Shown here: piece by piece, positions 25,115 to 41,222 of the stretch | How the letters are laid out: each line of letters starts with the position of its first letter | Position numbering within the stretch: position 1 is the first letter of the stretch | Assembly: GCA_000934665.2 (NCBI GenBank) | Contig: KZ538097.1 | Coordinates: 62,001 to 126,000 of the forward strand | DNA from: Catajapyx aquilonaris | Lineage: Eukaryota | Direction of reading: 5' to 3' | Length of the DNA: 64,000 nt | Notes under the pieces: generated by a model | What the model saw: only the letters and a program-made list of their open reading frames with translations | What the model was told of the DNA's origin: nothing | Database searches by the model: none | Position numbers and translations under genes: made by a program

Positions 25115-28100
25115 TTTGTTTTGAGTCTACTTTATTACTACACCCACTCGAGTCTGAGAAGACAATTATCGTTACAATCGGTTTAATTTCCGTTCGTCCG
25201 GGAGTGGGGCGTGCCAACGTGATAAAGACGTGCTAGCTTGGCTGGGGAAGAAGGCAGGTCGGGGGCGGGCTCAAGGGGGTAGGGACCCCCCCGTGCTTTC
25301 TATTTCTTGCTACAATAATCCATTTTGGGAACTGCGAATGACTGATGAAGATCGTGGAGGGGATTTTTTAAAATGGGGTGTTGTAATATTTTGTAAAGGA
25401 AAAGTGACAGAAAATTTTAATTTCCTGTTGCGATGATAAAGTTTCTCCCCGCAAAGAATGGGGTGCGTGAATTATAATATTGGATTGTGCGATAATGTAA
25501 GGGTTGAATAACAATGTACAATTAGTATGTTCCNCCCCCCCCATGGGTTAGGACAGCTTTGTGTCGTGGGGGTAAACGACTGAGGCCAAGCTACTGCAAA
25601 CACATCTAGGGTTATTTACCCCTTTATAGACCGGTGCATGTAAATAAGTTTACCTGGACTGGATCCTCCATCCCCCTTGGGCGGAATGGTGCATTAATAT
25701 GTAATTCGATGGTATTGAAACGTGAAAGCGGAGGAGTGTTTACACAACTTGCGACAAAAAAAAACTTATTGTCATACTGTATCATGTCTTTGAATATGCA
25801 CATTTTTAAGGGACAGATTTTAGATGATGTTCCGGCGTATAATTTTTAAAATGCGTGAAAGTTAGTAGCAAAGTGGTTTGTAACCACCTGTGAAATTATA
25901 TTTTTTTCAGGTGAAAGTTGAAATGGCGGAATTTCCTATACTCCTGGCCAATATGAGTTTCGCGCCATCCCCATTCCCTTCACCCTCTCCCTAGGAACTT
26001 GTGGCTTTGAAGGGAATCGGGAAGCAGCATTCGTAATGGAGAATCGATTTTTGGAGCAGTGACAAAAATAAGCTCTTGCCTTCTCTTCCACCCCCACCCC
26101 CTCCTTCCCCCACCCCTCTCCTCAACAGCGGTAAAAGTGAAACCGCGCGCGATGTTTGCACCACACAATGAGAGAAGGGGTCCTTCACACGAATTGAGTT
26201 TCACTTTTCTTCTCTTATGATAGCCTACTTTCTCCGCTACTTTTTTCAGTCGAGTTCATAATTTTCTAGATTTTTCGAACTAATTATGTTGTGACAACAT
26301 AGGATCGGGCTGTCCTTATATGTGGGACGTCCACGTGATCATGACCCTAATATGTGGAATGGAAACACCTTGGCACAATCAGTCATTGAATCGGTGCCTG
26401 ATAAGAATCCATTAGTCCCAAACATTGGTCATGACAACGGCCTTGATGACCTAAAAATTTGGCCTACCATCCCTTTTTTTTTCTAAAAATAAAAAAGTGT
26501 GAAATTACAATTTGCGCAAAATATATCTATATTTTTTTACATAACCAAAGCGGGTCAAACTAATTTCAACGTAACAACAAGCGGAAATAATACAATGTTC
26601 CTCTTAGGGCATTATTTGGCGAATCTCTTCAGGGCTCTTGACCTCAGCTACCGGTCCGGGCGGTGACCCACATAACACCTGGGAAGGAAAACTGTTAGTC
26701 GAGCCACTCCCCCCTCTTCTGAGCAGCTATGCTTTGCCTTGGAAAGAGAAGCCCCAGGGCACTGCCACCTGCTACAGGCAGGAGTCGTTGGCCGGAACCT
26801 CCATCCAACACACCCCCCCCCCCCTACCCCCCAGTCTCGATTCGCACCTTCTATATCACGTTGCCTTAGGGTTGCTAGAGAGGGGAGGTCCTCCGGGGAA
26901 CCATTTCCGGTTCCAGTCGGGCAAACCTTTGGATGCCCAGGAATTAAGGTCCGGAGGTCTCTTTAATTTGAAACGCACTGTACCTTTATTTTGGCGAAAT
27001 AATTTTGTTAGCTAGTAACAAATATCACATGTCAGATCCACCACTGTTATCAATGTCGGGAGTCGCTATTACTGAAGATGGGCATGTTTGTAGGTCTAAA
27101 TGCAAAACGGAGATATAAATATTTGAATAGGATCACCCTAGTTGACATTGTACGGACAGGAGATTTTAGAGTAAAATATTTTATGAGCCGTTGAAAGTAA
27201 ATGATTATTGATTACAGTTAAGCTCCCAGCGGTTTTGCTCGTGTCCTCCACGCGGTCTCAAGCTCAGAAACGGGTTTCAGGACTGGAGCTATTAATTTAT
27301 TCACACCTGGCCAGGAGTTGCCCCGCATCTGATAACAAAATTTGACGCCCGACTGAATACTTGATCTGGAGTAGTACATTCCGTACAGTAGGGTTTTCCT
27401 CGACTCTTGGCCGTCGGCGTAAAGTTTTACCAGATGGAAAACGCAAACTCGACTCCACTTGCATATATATGAGGTAAAGGGTAGGGGGGGGGGGGAGTCT
27501 ATGTATATTTAAAAAGCAAGTTTGCCTCCGGTTACGCGCAGCAGACATCCAGAAGCCGTTTACTTCTCTCGAGGGGTATGGCATAACTTGCTTTTAATCC
27601 GGCAGAGAGAGCCTGGAATTCACTACAGCTCTAATTACAACTATACTACACACAAAAATTGGTCCAGACGTTTTATAGTGTCGATTACGCGTAGTGTCAT
27701 TTTCCTAAACGATTTCTATATCAAACCGAATAAATTCCCCCTGGTTGGCATGTGTCAGTGGCCAGCTAGCTTGTGTTTCTATCTGGGGTTCCCATACAGT
27801 ACCTAACCTACTACCCAATCGATAAAGGAGAACGGAGCTAGGGGAATGGGTGGGGTGGAAGTCGGTTGGGGTGGTGGTTATGGTTCCTGGTGGAAATGGA
27901 AACTATACGTGGCTACACAATTTCCTGCCAAATACTCGCTTCAAAATATTGGGAGGACGTCTCCATGATACGGCGACACTGCGGTTTTTTTTCCGGCAGA
28001 ATTTTCCCACAAGTAACCAGTGTTTTTTTGGTAACCTATCCTAACCTAAGTTTTTTTATCATATTTTTTGAGGGGGTTCTCCCTCCGTTTCGCTCTGTTG

Positions 28101-31100
28101 ATGAAGTGCGCCCTGACCAGCCTGAAACCAGTTCGTTGACCATGGATACACAGAAGCAGCTGCTGCCCAAATGTCATGTCCTCTTTTATCGCCAAAAGTG
28201 GGTTTGCTAGATTTTTTACCAATGGTAGGGGAGAAAAAGGCTGTCTCCAAGAGGGGGGGGGGGATGTTGGAATGGGAATTATGGGTAGGAAGATCCAATT
28301 CCGTCGTTCCGGAGCGGAGGGGGAAATGCTCAGGCAGGGAGAGAGAGATTTTGGAAACCTAAAAGAGAGGACCTGATTTTCTGAGGAACCAGAAGCAAAG
28401 GTTGGCCATCAGGGCGACACACTGAGCAGTTGTTATTGGCGGTGACAAAAGACGTGAGGGGTGCAGACTTCCTGTTTGCCTCGTTATTAGTCACTTAGGG
28501 AACATCTCTTTTCCTTAGACAAACCTAATGAGCGTGCCTCTTTATCGACCTGAGTAATTTTTTTTGTAAGATAATCAAATCAGTCGTGGTGCATTGGCCT
28601 ATGAATCACTAGACCTTATCGGTTCTTTTTATCAATATTTGGTAGTTTGTTGTAGGCACATTTTATGGCTTACATGGTAGCTTGAAGTGATGGCAAAAGA
28701 ATATTTGAGCAGATAAGGACCGTAATGAAGCGCACGGAGTCTGTCAGGAAGCAAACGCATTGCAGAGAAAAGTGAGTTCCTTTTGCAGCCTGGAGTATGC
28801 TGAGTGGGATTCCTTCTCCTTTTTGGTGGGACTTGATTGATGTCGACCCATTGAGGAAGCGAGACGACCCAAGTCGGCGTTGAAGCGCAGCACTGAACAG
28901 AGGAATTACGGCGCGGCTAATTCTTCCGGAAGTCCGTCGGAAGTCAGGAAAGAAGAGACTCGTTTTCCATGATGTCCTGCTCTTCTCGGATGTGGACACT
29001 TCATGCTTAGATGGTGGCCTGACTCGAAATAGAATGGCCGGACCAAATTTTTTGATCTATTTTATATAGAGGAGGATCCTTGCGGTTTTTTGGCGCACAA
29101 TAGCGGGCATTCCGTTCCCATTTCTTGCAACAAGGGACCCGTTATTCGCGAAGAGGAAAAAAAAAACGTTCTCACGGCACAACAAAGCGTCGTGTACGGT
29201 ACATGCAATGTGGTAAGGGCATAAGAAATTGGGAGTGAGGTTAGGGTGGATTTTATGTCCAATAGAGTTATAGGATGTTTGCTCCGAGCTGGGTGTAAAT
29301 ATCGGCCAACGAACGTCGACTGACATTGTCGCAGTTCCCATATATACAGTGTTGCATGGGATCCGGTTCGGCGACTCCTGTCTTCAAGGTCGCGACGTCT
29401 TATTGTCTGAAAATGAAAGAGATTGAATTTGCGCTAGACACCAATTATATCAGGGGGGAAATTGACTTCTGATAAGGACTTATTAATCCTGGTACTTTGA
29501 CCGCGAGTACATTACTACGAGCCAGAGTGCATCGAGCCCAATACAAAAAGCTATCACGAACCAGGCACAACTGGTTACATAATGGATTTTGCGACTCATC
29601 CTGTACATGATTCGCCACGAGGTCAAGCAGTGAAAACAGACGAAAATGGGTCTATGCCATCTAGTGTCAGCACGTGCGCCACTGAATGGAAACTACCGAA
29701 TTAAGATCAAATTATGGACCGAACATTGTGAACCCACCTAAAAAACTTTCTACCCTTTTCCAACCAAGGCCGCACAATTGGGTGAGGGTTATATTGGCCG
29801 TCAACAGGTATATAGAGGCCTTCGGTATAAAGGATCCGGCACCAACCGGTCAGACGTACGAGGTTTTCCCCTACTTCTCTGAAGTCTCAACGAGCTACTT
29901 CTGAGAAGAGCCGGGGCTAGAAGAGGACGTAACCTATACACACACACAAAAAAGAAGGGTTGAAGCTGCATCCCGTGCCATGACATCTGGAACAACATGC
30001 ATGTCTGGTTCTTCATTGGAGAGAAACTGATAGGAAAATGGTTAGAAATGAGTCGGACTCGTAATATCATTTTCATGTTATTTTGAAAACACCCCATGGT
30101 GAGGCCGGAAAAAGCATTTCCTGGCAGGTAGCCTGGTGTATCTGGAAGCTGCCAAACGGGCATGCAAAAGAGTGTGGTTCGGTTGGGATAACGGGTCCTT
30201 CCTTCTCCTTGTCTCCGCTGCCGATCCTTGACCCGTACCGAGCTAACAGCAGGTATGGTTTGGTCCAGCGCATTGGCAGAAATAATGCTGGAGCATTTCC
30301 TCTTTTTTTTGTCATATATAAGACAAGTAGGCAAAACCACTGCTGTCCATAGTATAAAGAACCGTGGAACCTTGAGCGGTTTATGAGGGTAAATGTACAC
30401 CAGCCGCATTACTGCAAATTTGAAAGGGGAACGGGTGGTTCATTAGGAAAGTTTGAGGTTGAGCAATGGTGTAACAGGGGGCCGGTACTTCCTTAGTCAG
30501 GACCCCACTAGAGGATCCATACAAGATGAATGCTGTATTTGGAAGGGGGGGTGGAATAGGGAGGTGGTTAAAACTCTAAGGAATTCATAGAGCTTCAAAG
30601 CTGGGGCTGCACGCTCGGGAGGATCCACCCCTGATGCGGTACCACCAAAGTGGGCTGTCACTGTTCGTACAAGTTAGCCTTTTGGCAAGTCAGGTCTTGG
30701 GTCGCTCCAGCAGTGTTCTTTTATCGAGCGAGCCAAGAGTGGATAAGGAGGCCGAAATTCACGGTCTTTATTTCATTGGCCTCGGAGCAACCAACGGTGA
30801 AGGGAAGGAAGTGCAAGTCCTGCTGCTGGATGCATGCCGGCTGCTCTGATGGATTATTAAGCCCTGGAATGTTGCCGAATCAAAGGAATGTCCGACATTA
30901 CTAGAGGGGGTACCTGCACATTTTGATAATATAGGGTGCAAAGTGCAGGTAGTTTTTACATGTGGTGGCAGGAAACGGAGGAAAAGATGGTCCAATTTGT
31001 GGCACACGCAAAAGGGCAGTAAATGCAGCAGGCTCCTTGCGTGTGAAGGTCGTTGGCCTGCAGCAACGCAACAATCATTTATAAGCACCCTAGAGTTGTC

Positions 31101-34100
31101 GAGGCGGACCAAAAGAAGAGGGGTGTATAAGGGAGCCTGGTTTGCTGCTGATGGAAATAAGGTTATCCGTCGGTCGGAAGGGGCTTGGCTCCGGCCCGTG
31201 AGCAACATTCCGGGAGGCCCTGCCGTTGGAATAGTTCAAGGAAGTGCCAGTTTGCGAAAAGAGGCCACTGCATCACCTCGGCCAACGGTATTAGAGGGAG
31301 GGGGGGGGGGACTTTGGCGAAAAGACGATGGGGGTAAAGGAACAAGCCTAAATGAGCCCACCCTTGCAAAACTACTGGTTCGTCTCATATAGAACCCTGA
31401 CATGGTGAAAACAGGAGTGATTGGCAGGTTATTAAAAACACGATTCTGAGAGCAGCCCATGTCGTGTCTTCCACTTGCCTTGGTCCTATAGTCAATTTCC
31501 GTACTTTTATATGCACAACTAAGGAGTCGTACAAGCAATGTGCTGCCTTTTTGCAGCCCTTGATAACCGAGAGATTAAGCAATAAACTTCCCTCAATATC
31601 GCGATGATTTATTTGCAGCACAAACTGACTTAGAGAGGGGGTTATAGGGAAGGGAGAAAATTTGAAAAGGGGGTGGGGGGGGGGGGTAATCCGCGCAGCC
31701 TCCGTCGCATTTCGCAGAGAATCGATATATCTTTGTGAAGTTGCTTGATCTCGTTTGCTCACTGCCATCAAAATCTCTTTTCTCCCTCTTCCTCCCCTCT
31801 TCCCCCCTCCTCCTCCCCCCTTGCATCACGGCTAACTTTCTCGTTATGCTGCACATTTAACCAAGTTTGTGGCGAGTAAAGTGCGAGAAATGCGCCATGA
31901 TTTTCCTAATGAACGCTCCGAGTACGAGTCTGAGAAGGGCTTTCCGTGTGTCTGTCCTAGTGGAACCGAGGCTCTCAAGCTCTTCGTCATGACACGAGTT
32001 GGGAGAGCCAAGCGAAATAACTGTCTACATTCGCACTGTGTATGGAATATTTTACTAGCTTCTTTTTTTTCTAACCGGAAACTTATAGGAGTTAGGATGA
32101 ACACGGAATTCATAGTTGGTTCTTAGAAGGGTTGGGGAAGATAAGGATGATAAGAGACTGTGGGGGCTATCAGTTTTAATTATTTTGGGAGCGGCTGCTA
32201 CAATCTGTTTAACAAGCTGTGTCATGTCAGCTTACTGGGATGCATTACAGCATACTGCACGGTTTGTGGGTGAATTCCATTTGCATGTGAACTGCGCTAT
32301 TATGTGGCGCATCCATTTATTGTGCCGACTTCTTGGAAATGAGCTGGACTGTCTATGTATGCACACGAGCTTCTCTTAAACACAAAGCTGGATTGTTGAA
32401 GAACAGTAGAATCTTCCCTCAAGAGGATTGGTGGTCTAAAAGAAAATAGTAAGCGAGGTGCAGCGCGTGTCAGAGGGAGTAAGGCCAACAAAAGAGAGGC
32501 TTTGGACTCAGGGTGCTGGCAGATGGTGGGTATACAATCATACTGCTGCATGTAGGGATGGATCTGGGCGGCCACCTGCGCGCATGGCTGAGGCAGGAAA
32601 AGGGGCATTCACACCTGCGGCCTCACCTGGCCCACTCTCTGTCGGCTCGTCCTGTTCAGGCCCTCCCTAAAGGTTTCCAGCCTGCTGATGGAGCCTATTG
32701 GGATGCATGAAAAGCCAGCTGGTGACAGGAATTCTACTAGTGTATGACAAGAAAACGAGGAAGGAAATGCGGAAAAATTCCGGTACCGTACTGTATACTG
32801 TGGTCTACCAGGCGCAGGATTGGCTAGAGCCCTGTCTGGCTTATTCCTGTTGGCTGATCCGTACACGTGCCTCAAAGAGGCCTAATGGAAATTTTCACGC
32901 GTAATCACTTGTAATCGTAACTTCTGGCCACGTTTTGTGGTACTGTAGCAAGTGAGTGTAGTGGAGCGTAAGATGGGTTCGAACCTACCACTTTCACTTG
33001 GTCAATATTTTTTTCTGAAAAGTAACATTTTGTAAGTCAACCATTACTCGTGGTTGTACATAAAGTTTTGCACACCTGTCCTCCACAGGAAATTCTAAAT
33101 TATGGGCGCCATTGTTTAGCCTTTAATTTCCGTCGAGCACGCTGGTCCTATATCGCTTCTGCCTACGTTCATAGTTATTACAAGTTGAGGGAGGGGAGGT
33201 GGCCAAAAACACGCGACTATATACCAAGCACCTGATTTGAAGCTAGAAAAAAAAATTGAGCCAAAGCCAAACCCGCAAAGTAAGACAAAAAAAAAAAGAA
33301 ATACAGTACTAGGAAAAGCAGGTGTTACAGTATAGGTTCTTGAAGACGAAAAAAAAGATGAAGTTTATAACCTACTTTTTTGCTGGAAGGCTCCCAGAAG
33401 GTGTGAGACATAAGAAATGGAAATCTCGTCTTGGATATAGAAAAATTGTTGCTTTCCAGACAAAAAAAAGAAAAAAAGAAAATGGCCGAAGGGGAGGTCG
33501 GACCATGCTCTCCAACAGAATGAGGGAGTGAATGAGGAGGGATTATTGACCCTGAGCGACAGCCACAAGGAGAGGAAGTGGCGGAGAGGCACACGCCGTC
33601 GGTTTCTAACCCCTCTTTTCCCCCTCAACCCTCGGGGCCCCTGGTGATTGACCCTCTGGATGATTCTTCCACTTCTGGGACACTCGGAACAATGTGTCTT
33701 TTGGATCGGGTTGTTGACGGACGCTTTAAAAATGGGCCACCGCAGACATATGTAATACCAGTTTTGTTTCGCAAAAAGGGAAAATTGGCGAACACGCGTT
33801 TGGAAAACATGAAAGTGAAAGTTGTCGTCGCAGGAATTTTTGCTCTCCAATGGCCAATATTTTTTTTTTGAAAAAAAATAGTGTGAAGCACAAGTTGCGC
33901 AATTACATTATCAGCGGATGACGCAAAGGGTGCTGTTAGAATTAATTATGGGAAAAAAAGATGAAAAAGTAACCCAGATCGGATGGCCCAAATTCAAAGT
34001 GGGACAGTACACAGTGTCGACCCATAAACTCCCTAAAGAAGGTGGGGGACTGGGCCTGATTTGTATCAAGAGGCCCGCTTCATTGATGGGAAGTGTTAAG

Positions 34101-37100
34101 ACTCTCAAGTCTTGTTGGAGGTGGAGTTCTCAATTGTAAGGCCAGCAGCCTGCGATCGATCAGCTTTTCACAGCTATGTGGATTGCTATCAGGAGCGTGA
34201 TGGGTTGAACTGTTTCAAAATGAGCTATTCGACAGCCTCAAACTCTAACCAAAGTTGCGTGATATGTCTGTCCTCATATTCGTGGCTGACTCTTACCTGG
34301 ATTACTATCAATTATTCACGCGTTATGCTGCGTACTCTAATTTAATGTTGTGTAATAATTTTTTTTTGGTAGCGAAGCGATATTAGATGTAATCTCAAAG
34401 GAAATACCATAGCTGAGGGTCGATCCTGCAGTTGGGTTACTGCACCATGTAGCACTTGATGCTATCTAATTAATAACAGCGGCAGCGGGTGAATGAACTG
34501 GACCTAGCTTGAATGGCTCGTCTCGCCCAACGCTTTGCTTACAGTAATGCGCATCGTACTGTAGTGTATATGAGACAGCTCTGGGAAAGGTATTTCTGAC
34601 CATTTTTTACTGGCTTTTCTTGGACAGCAGTTAAGGTGCTCGTTTTCTTCCCTATGACATAATTGGAGGAGTAAAGTGGAATCGGCTCTGTTTTTTGCAG
34701 CTGAAAATAGACCGCTCAGCGGGGAAGAAGGTTAAGAATCATTTGCCTTCATTCAGCGAAGGTTTTTCGTGGAGGTGTAGGGCTATAGCCGGCCGGAGGA
34801 AAAAGGGATCATCATCTCCATGAATGATTTTCTCGGATTTTCTTTTCAACTGCGAGCTGTTCTAGGGGCGGGGGTCCTTCTGGGAAGCGGGAGTTTGTTG
34901 CAATATTTCTCCAGGAAAGAGGAAGTCTACATCCTCGGAAAAAGGAATTTGTCAAGAAAAAGTTTCAGGGCATATCTCATTTGCGTACGCAACCCATCGT
35001 CTTGTCAGTGCCGGTTCGAGATGTAGGACGTGTAACGAGATGGCTGAATAAAGAAATATTTTTTTTGGGGGGGAGGTTGGGAAATCCCCAACAATGTTTT
35101 CACTTTTTTTTTGTCCATTCAATCCATGCGGTAATTGAGACGCGAAAACAATGCATATCGAAAGTCCTATATATGCAGATGCTGGAAAGACCGTTTCATG
35201 CCGGGAGCTAGATTATTATTCGGAGGAAGCCTTGATGAAAAAAAGGGCGGGTCGGGTTTTTGACAGTCGGTACCGGTTAGTAGGCCGTCTATCTCCGGTT
35301 TGTCAGCCCCACTGTCAGGGACTCTCCCCCCTTTACTTCCTGCTTGAGTGCCGCAGACGGTGGAGACTATCGAAAATGGTCTGCATCTATAGCATAGGGC
35401 ACCGCGGGTTCCCATAAGTTAGGACTTGGCGATGGCCGACAGGGATGATTCCTGCTAAGTTTCTGGCCGTGATGGATCGTCCAAAAGAGGAGGCCTGAGG
35501 GTGGGGTGGGGGGGGGGGATGATATCAAGATGCCTTTTGGAGGAGACTGAGAGTGACGCCGAGACTGGATTGCCAAAGTTTTGGGGGTGAAGTGTGCAGT
35601 CGGGTGACCGTCGAAGATAAACAGTTGTCTAGCGGGGTAAACATTTGCACTGGGGGAGCAAGAAGAGCAGAACCGTGTTCAATGTGTCAAGGGCGCTAAG
35701 CGTGTTGATATATTAATGGAAAGCGTGGCAGATGAGACCCGATCGTTTTGTGGTGGTCATAATTGATTGCGCGGTCCTTTCGCACCTGCTCAGGCCCAAA
35801 CCCACAACCGCTACATGCATACACATTGTGCTGCATGCGAAGGACAGCCCAACCGGGAGTGTGTGCACTTGGCTGAAAACTTCCTCCGGCCCCCCGACTC
35901 TCACAACCGGTCGACAAGCGGAAAGTGAAAGGACCATATTGTTCTGATGGAGCCAAAATGGCAGAGGTTGCTGTCTAGCCAGAATCAAAATGGGGGGGAA
36001 AAAATTGGAGGTGGTTTACTGGGGAGGCTCTAGAGTAATTCCCTAGCTCGTTGGGTGCTAGCAGTCGAAATCCGGAACTGGCTTGCTTACTAGGTGAACA
36101 ACGCAGCCTTTGGGTCATATTTCAACCCCAGCCTCATTAGCATTCCGGCTAGGAGCTTCCTTTCTTCCTCCTCTGGCACTCTCTCCAGTGCAGCTTCCGG
36201 AGCCAGCACTTCTTCAGGAATGTGAGCAGGAGGTGGCCAATCCCTCGGGCCAAGAAGGGGCCATCTGCTTTGCTGCTACCAACCCTCATTTTATTTTTTT
36301 TGCGACCTTGTCCAGCCAGAAGCAAAGACAACCTATTTACTGCACGTACTGCCACTATGTAAAAACCTGTTTGAATGTGGAAAGAGGTACCTTGCAGAAA
36401 TTTTTCTTCCAGTTTGGGGGATGTGCAAATATCTGCCCAGTTTTCTTTTGAAAATTCCGACTGATGCAACATTTGTGAAGGTATGCAACAGAAATACCCA
36501 CCAGAGGCACGTGTGACCCTATAGATGCGGGTAGCTGGCAAGGATAATCTGGCCGCTTTCTCCCCTGCATTTTCACGGGGAGTCATTGCAAGTGCAATGT
36601 ATTGAGCAACCTCTTTAGCGAAGAGGAGAACGCGATTCATTTCGACCTCAATTTTGTGGGAGGCACAAGGCGCAACTCCTATAACTGGCCCTGACCGAGT
36701 TATTAGCGTGTGTACTGCATGCTCCGACATAGACTTAACTTTGGGCCTCTTTTGCGATTGATTCCTAATCCCAACTCTTGATTAGTTGGGAAAGTAGGCC
36801 GCCTTCTCAGATAGACGAGTTATGTCACTTTTGTTGCCTGAATTTTTGGAGGAGTTCTAATCTTGACCTCTCGACACACTAGCATTCCTATTAGGGTTAT
36901 AGGAAAAAGTAGGTCGGCTCCAGGCCTTTTGGGCCTCGTCTGCCAGCACGCAGGCGACCGGTCAGGTTGTTTCCACGCACTTCTTCCTCCCCGTTGCAGA
37001 AGTGCCATTTTACTTTCGTATTCAGGTCGACCGGCATCGAGGAAACGTTTTCCGGCATGAAAACCCGCCTATCACCAACTCCCTTCCCCACCTCTCCCCA

Positions 37101-37359
37101 CCACCATCCACTGGTCCTCCCGCCGGTTGATCGATATGTAACTGACGAGTTGACACTATCGTGCATAACGGTATTGACTTTGGACCGTGTGCAGTAATTA
37201 ACCCGATCATGAGGCTGGATTCTCCATTACATATTTCCGCTCTAAAACTCATCCGCATCACACAAAAAGGAAGGGGACATGACTGCGGTTTAGCTCAAAT
37301 CATATACGCATTCAAGGAATGATTAAATTTTTTTAAACGTACATACTAGCCTTTGATAA

Positions 37360-37776
<417 letters not shown>

Positions 37777-40043
37777 TGAAAATGAAAGCCTTGGAAACCG
37801 GCGTTTCAACACTTCTGTCAAGTTATACCACTTGGTATATAACTTACATGTACAGAGTTACAACAATATCAGGCGCATGCGGCTAACTCGAGCTCAAGTG
37901 TCGAAAGATGCTAACTTATGGTTGGTCGTAATATGGATCGCTCATTTTGCATTTATTGCAATCGTCAAGTATAGCCAAAAGGAATGAGGTATAGTCCTGA
38001 GGAGATTTCAAGACCTGAATCTGTATAGATTTGATTTCACTCTATGCAAATCGATTCTGTATAATTATTTAGGCTACACACAGAGGCTGTTAAGAAGCAG
38101 AGAAAGTTCTTGGAAGATTACATTCGTCACATACATGTATAGGTGATATAAGAGGAGTGCGGTAACATTGCGCCAACCTAGTTCTGCTGCTGGGGTGTCC
38201 ATTTGTATTCATTCATCGTCGAGTTTTCGTGATACTCGAGATGATTCTATGAATATTCTTGCAAGGGAAAGTATAGGTTGTGAAGGTCCCAAGGACGGTT
38301 TTGCTAAAATAAGGATAGGGGGGAGGAAGGGGTGGGAAAGGAGGGGGTTTGATGTGCATTTTTATAGCCGCACGGTTTGGCTATATAATGCGGGTCGGCC
38401 GGCAGCGGAAGCAAAAGCATTGCAGCTTATAGCAAGTCACCACTGTCTGTAACAAATATGATGGGGAAGTCTGCAGAGAGAAGGGGTTGCGCATCAGAAT
38501 TATTCCCAAACGGGCAAGCAGTCTGTAGTGCGAGTGGGGAATGGTTAACGCGATCGTGACGAGACTATCCGAAAAACCCGATGAGGGTTCGGAAGTAGCT
38601 GCTGCAGTTCTACAACAAACTCTGGCGAACTGTGTTAACACATGTAGCTTGCCTGAAAAAGCCTTGGTCCACTTTGATGGGCACACTGATATTTTTCGAG
38701 ATATATAGGACCCTTGCATTAGACATAAAAGTTTGGCAGCGTACACAGAGTACAACTAAATATCCAAACTGATATATGCCTGTTACTACAAGTATAACGG
38801 ATGTGGCTGTCTGCGAAGAAAAACCTCTCAGGAAAATTCGAATAAACGTGTGGGTGTGCAACCAGCAGGTTTTTTTGTTGTTATATATTAGATTACTCGA
38901 CGCCATCCTTTTGTTCGCGTGGGTACTTGCAATATTTCTAAACTGAATGAGCGCTAACTGCATAACTGTAAACTTCAAAGGATTCAGCGAATCGTTCTGT
39001 ATATGTGCTGAGAACCTTGCACAGGTGGACTTCCTCCTTTCGCAAATGCATCCCACGGATTTCCTCATTCGGCCGATGGCTGTAACTCGAGGGGCAGCAT
39101 ACGTAACCGATCCAAAGGCAGTTTTCCTAGAGTGTTACTTCATTTTGAATTGATTACCCATGCTTATGGGGGCTTCAATGTGTACATTACATTTAAAGTT
39201 TGTGCTATGAAGCGGCGGATGCGTTATGTTCCCTCCTTGAGTAGGACGCGGTAATGAGGGACAACGATCCCGCCGAAATGGAGCAGTGTAATGAGGTGCA
39301 GAAGGTTAGATTGCCAATTTTCTTCCTTCATCTTAAGGTGTTAGCTTAAGAAAGTAGGGCACTAATCGCTCGGAAGAAGTGTGTACTTGTGATTTGCGAA
39401 AACTACAGCTTGGGTATTAATCCAGGTTTGCAACCAGCATAAATGTGCATTATTCAGGATATAACCGGAATATTACTCTACAGATACAGTGTCTTGAAAG
39501 CAAAAATGGGAATACAGGGACACTTTTCACCTTTCATGGGTTTTTTTTCGGCCACAAAGTAATAGCCCCTCAAGACAAAGGAAGGGGAAGAACACTTTAT
39601 AAAACTAAAAATTTACAATTTTTGGTGGAAAGGGGATTCCCTGCAAGTAATTAGCCAATCCGTATCGAACGATATTCTTAATTGTGCCAAACCTATTTCC
39701 AAGCCTGTTTCATATGCGAGCAGCACAAATTCTTTAGCTCATATGGTCCTGACCTACATGCATGAAGCCATGCTTCAAGACTATTCTGGATTAGAAATAT
39801 ATTTCAACTCAAGCTTCAAAAGCGCCAAATTTTTTTAAAAAGTCAATTTTAGACCAGATCATAAAATTATTGCTTTTGCTCGTAAGGTACCTCACTTCCG
39901 CAATTAATAGCGCAATAGAGTACGTGGTGAGTTGGTTATGTTTCCATCGCGTAAGTTATGTGTCCTAGAAGCTTCAGCATATTTTTACATAACTTGCCAC
40001 CATTTCTAAAAATTATTAGCATGTCCATATTTGGGGCAATCTG

Positions 40044-40045
<2 letters not shown>

Positions 40046-40129
<84 letters not shown>
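40046..40129. repeat. (AT)42 microsatellite
   Basis: Perfect dinucleotide run. Confidence 0.99.
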
Positions 40130-40132
<3 letters not shown>

Positions 40133-41222
40133 AAAAAACCTCATTTTGGCATTATCCGCAGCCGATTTTTGCATTGGAAGGGTAATAGAGAGAGACAATT
40201 TTCCAAGTGAAACGGACGAGAATCCTGATCGCAGACACGTACAACGAGCATCGATTGGTAGGAATAGTAGCCAAGCTTTACTGTAAATTCCCGCAAGCGA
40301 ACATTTAATTAAGCTCTGCAAGCAGGTTCTTTTACACAAACTCTTTCTGTTTTTTTTCTTTGTCACTACTTTAACTAATCGAATGCATGAAGGGCCAGAT
40401 ACCGGAAAGTTATTGCCGTCACATTTGACATTCCATTGCAAGTGCATTCTCCTAGAAAGATATTGTTTCGTGCTTGTCTTGAAGAAAGAAAAAGCAACAT
40501 TCCGTACGACTCGAGGAAAATCACCGTAACAGAACTTGATTTTCTCCCAAATTCCAAGACTAAAGGAGAAGATAATCCACTTCTTTGGATTTTTTTTTTA
40601 AAGCGGGGAAAGGTTGTGGATGGCTTCCAACACTTTGTCAGATATGAAATGAATTAGGTCTTTTACCTGCGATAATATTTTACAGGTCATCCCATTTTGT
40701 CCGCAATTGCACACTGGGAAAGTAATTAGAAACAAAATAGCTGGCTAATCTAAGCCAGCAGACATTGCTCACCCCAGATTAGTAGCACCGCCCGCCAACT
40801 TTATGATCTCTGGGAATAATGCAACACTGATAGCTCGTTACAAAAAAAAAAGTAAAACAAGTACACTGGAATAGGATATCCCCCCTCCCCCCTACCCTTG
40901 GCGCAAGGCTTCCTCGAGCTTTATTAGTTCTTTGGCTTGTCAACACATTTTCTCCCAACCTTTCCAGCCAGCTCTCCCATTCTCGTTAAACGGAAGTTAA
41001 CCGGTGTCGCAATGTATTTCCCAGCAGCGGGGAGTTTTGTACAGTTGTGAGGCTGGGTGTCTCCGAGGAGCCATCGATTTTCCACTCTTGCCTTTTACAA
41101 AAAAATAAATCGAAGTTGCCGAACTTTCTCAGGCTGTAAAGAAGCGGAGGTAACCATTTCTCACTTGGTTCCATGCGAGCTGCTTCCAAAAGTGAAAGAA
41201 AATGTGAGCACCCCCCCCCCCC